NCBI RefSeq assembly: GCF_000196355.1
Contig: NC_007614.1
Coordinates: forward strand, 2,310,001-2,342,000
Reading direction: 5' to 3'
Origin: Nitrosospira multiformis ATCC 25196
Lineage (GTDB): Bacteria; Pseudomonadota; Gammaproteobacteria; Burkholderiales; Nitrosomonadaceae
Length of the DNA: 32,000 bases
The first letter of the stretch is position 1. Every line of letters starts with the position of its first letter. Position numbers and translations under genes: made by a program. The notes below the pieces were generated by a model, which worked only from the letters and a program-made list of their open reading frames with translations, did no database searches and was not told the DNA's origin. Shown piece by piece: positions 28,417-32,000 of the stretch.

Positions 28417-28664
28417 ATGACAACCAACACTCGTCAAATGGGAACGGGCCTAGCATCCAATCTGCAAGTTCGCGACTCATCAGCAAGGATGGCAAACCGG
28501 TGGCCGCTCTGGTGGATGCGGAACTGTTCGCCCGCATCCGCCGCATGTATGACCGCTTCGATGAGCTCAGCAACCGTCTGGCTGAAAGATACAGGGATGT
28601 GCCCGAGGAAGAAGGTTTGACCGAGATCGATGCTCTGGTGGAAGAGGAACGGAAGAAGCGCTGA
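28417..28664 (+). pseudogene. Phd/YefM-like antitoxin, N-terminus probably disrupted
   Basis: LISKDGKPVAALVDAELFARIRRMYDRFDELSNRLAERYRDVPEEEGLTEIDALVEEERKKR in one frame; the likely start MTTNTRQMGTGLASNL lies in another frame. Confidence 0.6.
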
Positions 28665-28722
28665 TGTCGGTGTTGCGCGTCGTGCTCGACACCAATGTGC
28701 TGGTATCGGGCCTCGCATATTC
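28664..28722 (+). pseudogene. PIN-domain toxin, N-terminal fragment only
   Basis: MSVLRVVLDTNVLVSGLAY is the conserved start of PIN toxins; homology stops near 28722. Confidence 0.75.
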
Positions 28723-28899
28723 GCCCAAGTCCAACAACGTGGCCCCGGGAAGCGCATCGACCAGCAGATCGAGGTCGCTGCCGTCCCGGTCGGTGCCATG
28801 CAGCACCGAACCGAAGACGCGCGGGTTCGCGGTGCGGAAGCGGCCTACCGCTTCACGCACTGCGCTTCGCTTCATGTCAAGCGCAACGGACGGTCGCAT
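28723..28899 (-). pseudogene. MNT-type nucleotidyltransferase, N-terminal fragment only
   Basis: Minus strand MRPSVALDMKRSAVREAVGRFRTANPRVFGSVLHGTDRDGSDLDLLVDALPGATLLDLG; GSxxxGxxxxxSDxDLLV NTase motif; homology stops near 28723. Confidence 0.82.
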
Positions 28900-29445
28900 A
28901 GCATTCTTCCTTATCGAAACGCGTTGAGATGATAGCAAGAATAGATTTTCAAGAATTATTTTCGAGAGAAACACGTTGCAACAAATCTGACCAATTCCAT
29001 TAGATATAACTGAAACAGCAGCTTAAGAAGCTTATCCACAACCCTATCCCCGGTCTATCCCCGGTAACAGGGGAAAACCTCATTATCCCGCCCTTCACCT
29101 GGGAAAGCTTCACTGGCCCGAAGTAACGGCTATCGAAGGATGCCAGCTCACATCCGATATGAGCAGCAATTCAGACTCCTTCAAAGTGTAATCAGAAAAC
29201 GGATAGCGGGGCAGAACCTGCCTGGGCTGTCCTCTTCGCGCGGCGCGCTTGCCGGCAAAACCTTACCATTGACGGCAATTCCCCATGCATTCAATCGGGC
29301 ATATAGCAGATTGTTGCCGTTGTTGCCACCAAGAGCTGCTCCCTAGACGGGATAAACACTGGAGTAGCAGCGTGGAACACATCAATACCTTGAGAAAAAA
29401 GGTAAGTTCGTCGGCATCATAAGTTTCTACAGGGACAAAAAACAT

Positions 29446-30429
29446 TCATCGAGTCGCGATTATGGCGCCAAAGTACTCAGCGGTGAACTGTGCCGGGCTC
29501 AGCTCCGACTGATGGTAGGTGGCACGCAACGCGCTGACCGGACCCACCGGGTTGCCCCAGGTCCAGACGTCGAAATCGACTGTGCCATACTCTGTCACGA
29601 CAATCGGAGATTTCAAGACAGCGTTGTGGGTGTCATTGCCGGGCCCGGTTATGGTTTCCTTGAACATTCGCGAATCGATCGACAGAATGACGACGCTGGT
29701 CTGCGGATCGAGCTTCGCCGCGGCGGCAAAATTGTTCTTCGAACCGCGGCCGTCCGCCAGGGACACATCCTTGAACACTCCTGTCGCGCGCAACCAGTCG
29801 GCGACCTCGCCATTGGAGGAACCGCTTCCCCAATCGTCGCTTGGCGTGCCGTCGTAGCTGATAATAAAATTGTTCGCGTCACGCAGCGCGCTCATCATCA
29901 TCCACTCTGCGCTCCATTTAATTGCGTCCTTGTCGGCACTGTTCCTGTCCACCATCATTTTCGCCACCTTGGTGAAGTCCTGCGATCTGAGGCTCTCCCT
30001 CGGCCGGACCCAGACGTCGGTACCGACCGAAGCAGCGCCGCCGTTGTATAGTTGCACACAATACCGGGCTACGGACCAAGGGTCCTCCGACAACCAGACA
30101 TAAAGGAACGCGGCCTCGCCGCACAGGCCATTGCCCCCCTGGTTGACGAGGTACGGGCTATCAAGCAGAAGCTCGAGGCGATCCGCCACGCTCGTGCGAT
30201 CGAGGCCCGGCCACTTGCCCCGGCCCACCTGCCCCCGGAAACGATTGATCATCGTCTTGGCCTTGGCCACGGCTAAAGGCCGGTCGAGACGGGCGGGAGG
30301 TGAGCTCCCTTTCGACGCAAGCCCATACACCAGCGAACCCACCGAGGCCGCCGCAGCCAGCGGCAGCAGATACTTGTCCGCGTAGATGGAGAGGGGATTC
30401 TGAAAACCTGAGTAATTGGGATCGTTCAT
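29446..30429 (-). CDS. Hypothetical protein with candidate Cys/His/Asp active-site residues
   Basis: Contains GGNGLCGEAAFLYVWL, DTHNAVLKSPIVVTEYGTVDFDVWTWG and an N-terminal hydrophobic segment YLLPLAAAASVGSLVYGLA. Confidence 0.6.
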   Translation of the reverse strand: MNDPNYSGFQNPLSIYADKYLLPLAAAASVGSLVYGLASKGSSPPARLDRPLAVAKAKTMINRFRGQVGRGKWPGLDRTSVADRLELLLDSPYLVNQGGNGLCGEAAFLYVWLSEDPWSVARYCVQLYNGGAASVGTDVWVRPRESLRSQDFTKVAKMMVDRNSADKDAIKWSAEWMMMSALRDANNFIISYDGTPSDDWGSGSSNGEVADWLRATGVFKDVSLADGRGSKNNFAAAAKLDPQTSVVILSIDSRMFKETITGPGNDTHNAVLKSPIVVTEYGTVDFDVWTWGNPVGPVSALRATYHQSELSPAQFTAEYFGAIIATR

Positions 30430-30481
30430 GAACAGATTACCCGTGCGGTGCGGCCGCGTCGTATATATGAAATCGGGCAAA

Positions 30482-31465
30482 TCACAGCAGATCGTAGATG
30501 GGCTGAAAGTAAGGGCCGACGGTATAGGGATACGGCGTAGACGATACCTTCTGGAATGGCACCGGCTGGATCATGTTCATGCGGCCCCCGTCGCCGTTCC
30601 AGGCCCAGCCGAACACCGGCCAGTCCCTGGATTTTGCGTACTTGACGAGATCGGCCCATGGGGTCTTGCCGCCCGAGCCGTCGTCACCGAATTCCCCCAG
30701 CATGCAACCCCGGCCCGTCGCCGCCAGTTCGTCGAGGTCGGCCGTGGTCATCGCCCGCTGCCTTGACAGCGAGAAGGCTTGCGGATAGACATGCGCCGAG
30801 AGAATGATCTTGGGATCCTTAAGGGTCTGGCCGGACTTGCCGACGACGGCAAGAGCCGCGGTGTGCGCCTCCTGCCCGAAGCCCGGGAGGTCTACGATGA
30901 TGGGGCCGTCGTAGACGCTGCGCACGGTGGCGATGGCCTGGTTGTAGCTCGCCGCATAGTCGTTGGGGGTGATGGCGTGGCCACCCCATTCGTTCATCAG
31001 GTTAATGGTGAATGCACCAGCCTTGCTTAAAGAGGAGTAGTTGGTGACCCACCAGGCTGCGGCCTTGAAGAGTTCATTCGGGTCGTCCATGAGCAGCTGG
31101 TCGTTGGTGAGGATCGCTGCGCTGTGAAAGGTCGCAATGACCGCGTACTTGCGGCTTACGGCCTCGCGGATCCAGCGCTCGGCAACCGCCTCCCGGCCCA
31201 TCTCGATCTCGATCCGCACCGACTTGATCTTGGGGTATTTCGCCATCAGGTTCCATCCCAGGTCGACGTCACCGTCGTAGTAATAGGACGGTTGCAGATT
31301 GACGCCGTTGCCGAGTCCCGCTGTGATCGCCGAGGCAACCCGACCGCCTGCAGTATACGGCGAGGACGGACTTTGAGATCCGGCGTAGCTTGCCATACCG
31401 TCGCCAGCGGCGGCATAGCCGCCAGACGGTTGCTGCAGGCTGCTGTAGTCATCGCCGCCGGCCAT
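30482..31465 (-). CDS. Glycoside hydrolase family 5 (cellulase-like) domain protein
   Basis: GVNLQPSYYYDG...IKSVRIEIEM...AVIATFHSAA...FTINLMNEWGGH...IILSAHVYP...GCMLGEFGDDG...WPVFGWAWNGDG, a GH5-like ladder with acid/base NE and nucleophile E. Confidence 0.75.
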   Translation of the reverse strand: MAGGDDYSSLQQPSGGYAAAGDGMASYAGSQSPSSPYTAGGRVASAITAGLGNGVNLQPSYYYDGDVDLGWNLMAKYPKIKSVRIEIEMGREAVAERWIREAVSRKYAVIATFHSAAILTNDQLLMDDPNELFKAAAWWVTNYSSLSKAGAFTINLMNEWGGHAITPNDYAASYNQAIATVRSVYDGPIIVDLPGFGQEAHTAALAVVGKSGQTLKDPKIILSAHVYPQAFSLSRQRAMTTADLDELAATGRGCMLGEFGDDGSGGKTPWADLVKYAKSRDWPVFGWAWNGDGGRMNMIQPVPFQKVSSTPYPYTVGPYFQPIYDLL

Positions 31466-31470
31466 GGGGG

Positions 31471-32000
31471 TCAGGGGAGCGGATAGGTGGGCAACAAATC
31501 CTGCCGGTTGCGCAGATACACGAGTTCGGTGGGCACCACGATCTCCCAGGGAGCCCCCACGAACACCGCACCCACGGCATGCTTCATATTGTTCCCGCTG
31601 GCATCGGGGTAGGGTTTGTCGATAATGATCGTCCAAGTCGAATTGTCTCCGACAGTGGTCTGCTCCACCTTGACGATCCGGTAGACCTTGAAGTTCACCA
31701 GAATCTCGCGGTCGACGTCATTGTCGAGCGTCAACGTCGCCGGTTGGTCATTGATGAGATCCCAATAGAAGTTGCTGTCCGTCAGCGTCAGGGTGTCGCT
31801 GCCCTGCACCGCCGCGATCAGCCCCGGCCGGTCGTTGTAGTCGCATTGATCGGCTTCTTTCAGCTCCTGGATCATGGCCACGTAGTCATCATCGCCTGGG
31901 GCCGGCGGCTCGCCGGTGGCGCCCCAGATCTGGCCGGTCTTCAGGAACCAGCTGAACACCGACTCGAGTCCGGGCCGCACTGGAACCTGCACGCGCGCGG
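31471..32000 (-). CDS. Hypothetical protein, probably continuing past the window edge
   Basis: Long open minus-strand frame ending 6 nt upstream of the GH5-like start; ...WTIIIDKPYPDASGNNMKHAVGAVFVGAPWEIVVPTELVYL. Confidence 0.6.
   Translation of the reverse strand, partial: ARVQVPVRPGLESVFSWFLKTGQIWGATGEPPAPGDDDYVAMIQELKEADQCDYNDRPGLIAAVQGSDTLTLTDSNFYWDLINDQPATLTLDNDVDREILVNFKVYRIVKVEQTTVGDNSTWTIIIDKPYPDASGNNMKHAVGAVFVGAPWEIVVPTELVYLRNRQDLLPTYPLP

Noticed and set aside
28664-28974. Complete small PIN toxin (28664-28927) or 135-aa nucleotidyltransferase (28567-28974)
   Set aside because: Each frame is homologous only up to about 28722/28723; the rest is antisense of the other gene.
29044-29065. 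Two tandem copies of CTATCCCCGGT near TTATCCACA
   Set aside because: Too short and only two units; could be chance, and no replication gene is nearby.
29512-31486. Plus-strand ORFs opposite the GH5-like and Cys/His protein genes
   Set aside because: Repetitive Arg/Ala/Gly composition typical of GC-rich antisense frames.
1-32000. CRISPR array, tRNA or rRNA gene
   Set aside because: I looked for regularly spaced repeats and for tRNA or rRNA signatures by eye and saw none. A tRNAscan or Infernal run would be needed to exclude them formally.

Overview
This 32 kb window reads as accessory, mobile-element-rich bacterial DNA. The PEP-CTERM proteins and mixture of IS families fit a betaproteobacterium, possibly a Nitrosospira-like ammonia oxidiser, but that is inference. 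I see no rRNA, tRNA or CRISPR array. Supported content: a tyrosine recombinase; four complete IS elements whose ends and target duplications I can define, plus a partial IS3-type element at the left edge; remnants of an IS3 orfB, two serine recombinases and a Tn3-type end; five PEP-CTERM/HAF-type surface protein genes, two of them split by IS elements; a PAS histidine kinase with a decayed REC domain; a PAS-GGDEF protein; a single-domain response regulator; a Crp/Fnr regulator; a sulfate-binding protein; complete DinJ/YafQ-like and RES/Xre toxin-antitoxin pairs; an orphan ParD-like antitoxin; a chimeric junction of a PIN toxin gene and a MNT-type nucleotidyltransferase gene; decayed TraF-like, UmuC-like and RHS fragments; a DUF932 gene with a structured upstream region; and, at the right edge, a three-gene cluster with a GH5-like hydrolase and a possible Cys/His/Asp-type enzyme. 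The best-supported unusual observations are the two PEP-CTERM-type ORFs that can be reconstructed in frame across IS insertions, sigma54-like -24/-12 sites before three PEP-CTERM genes, a ~72-bp dispersed palindromic element (one copy split by an IS), and a nested-hairpin region upstream of the DUF932 gene. I found no clearly new complete system. The right-edge cluster and the DUF932 upstream region are the best candidates to follow up.
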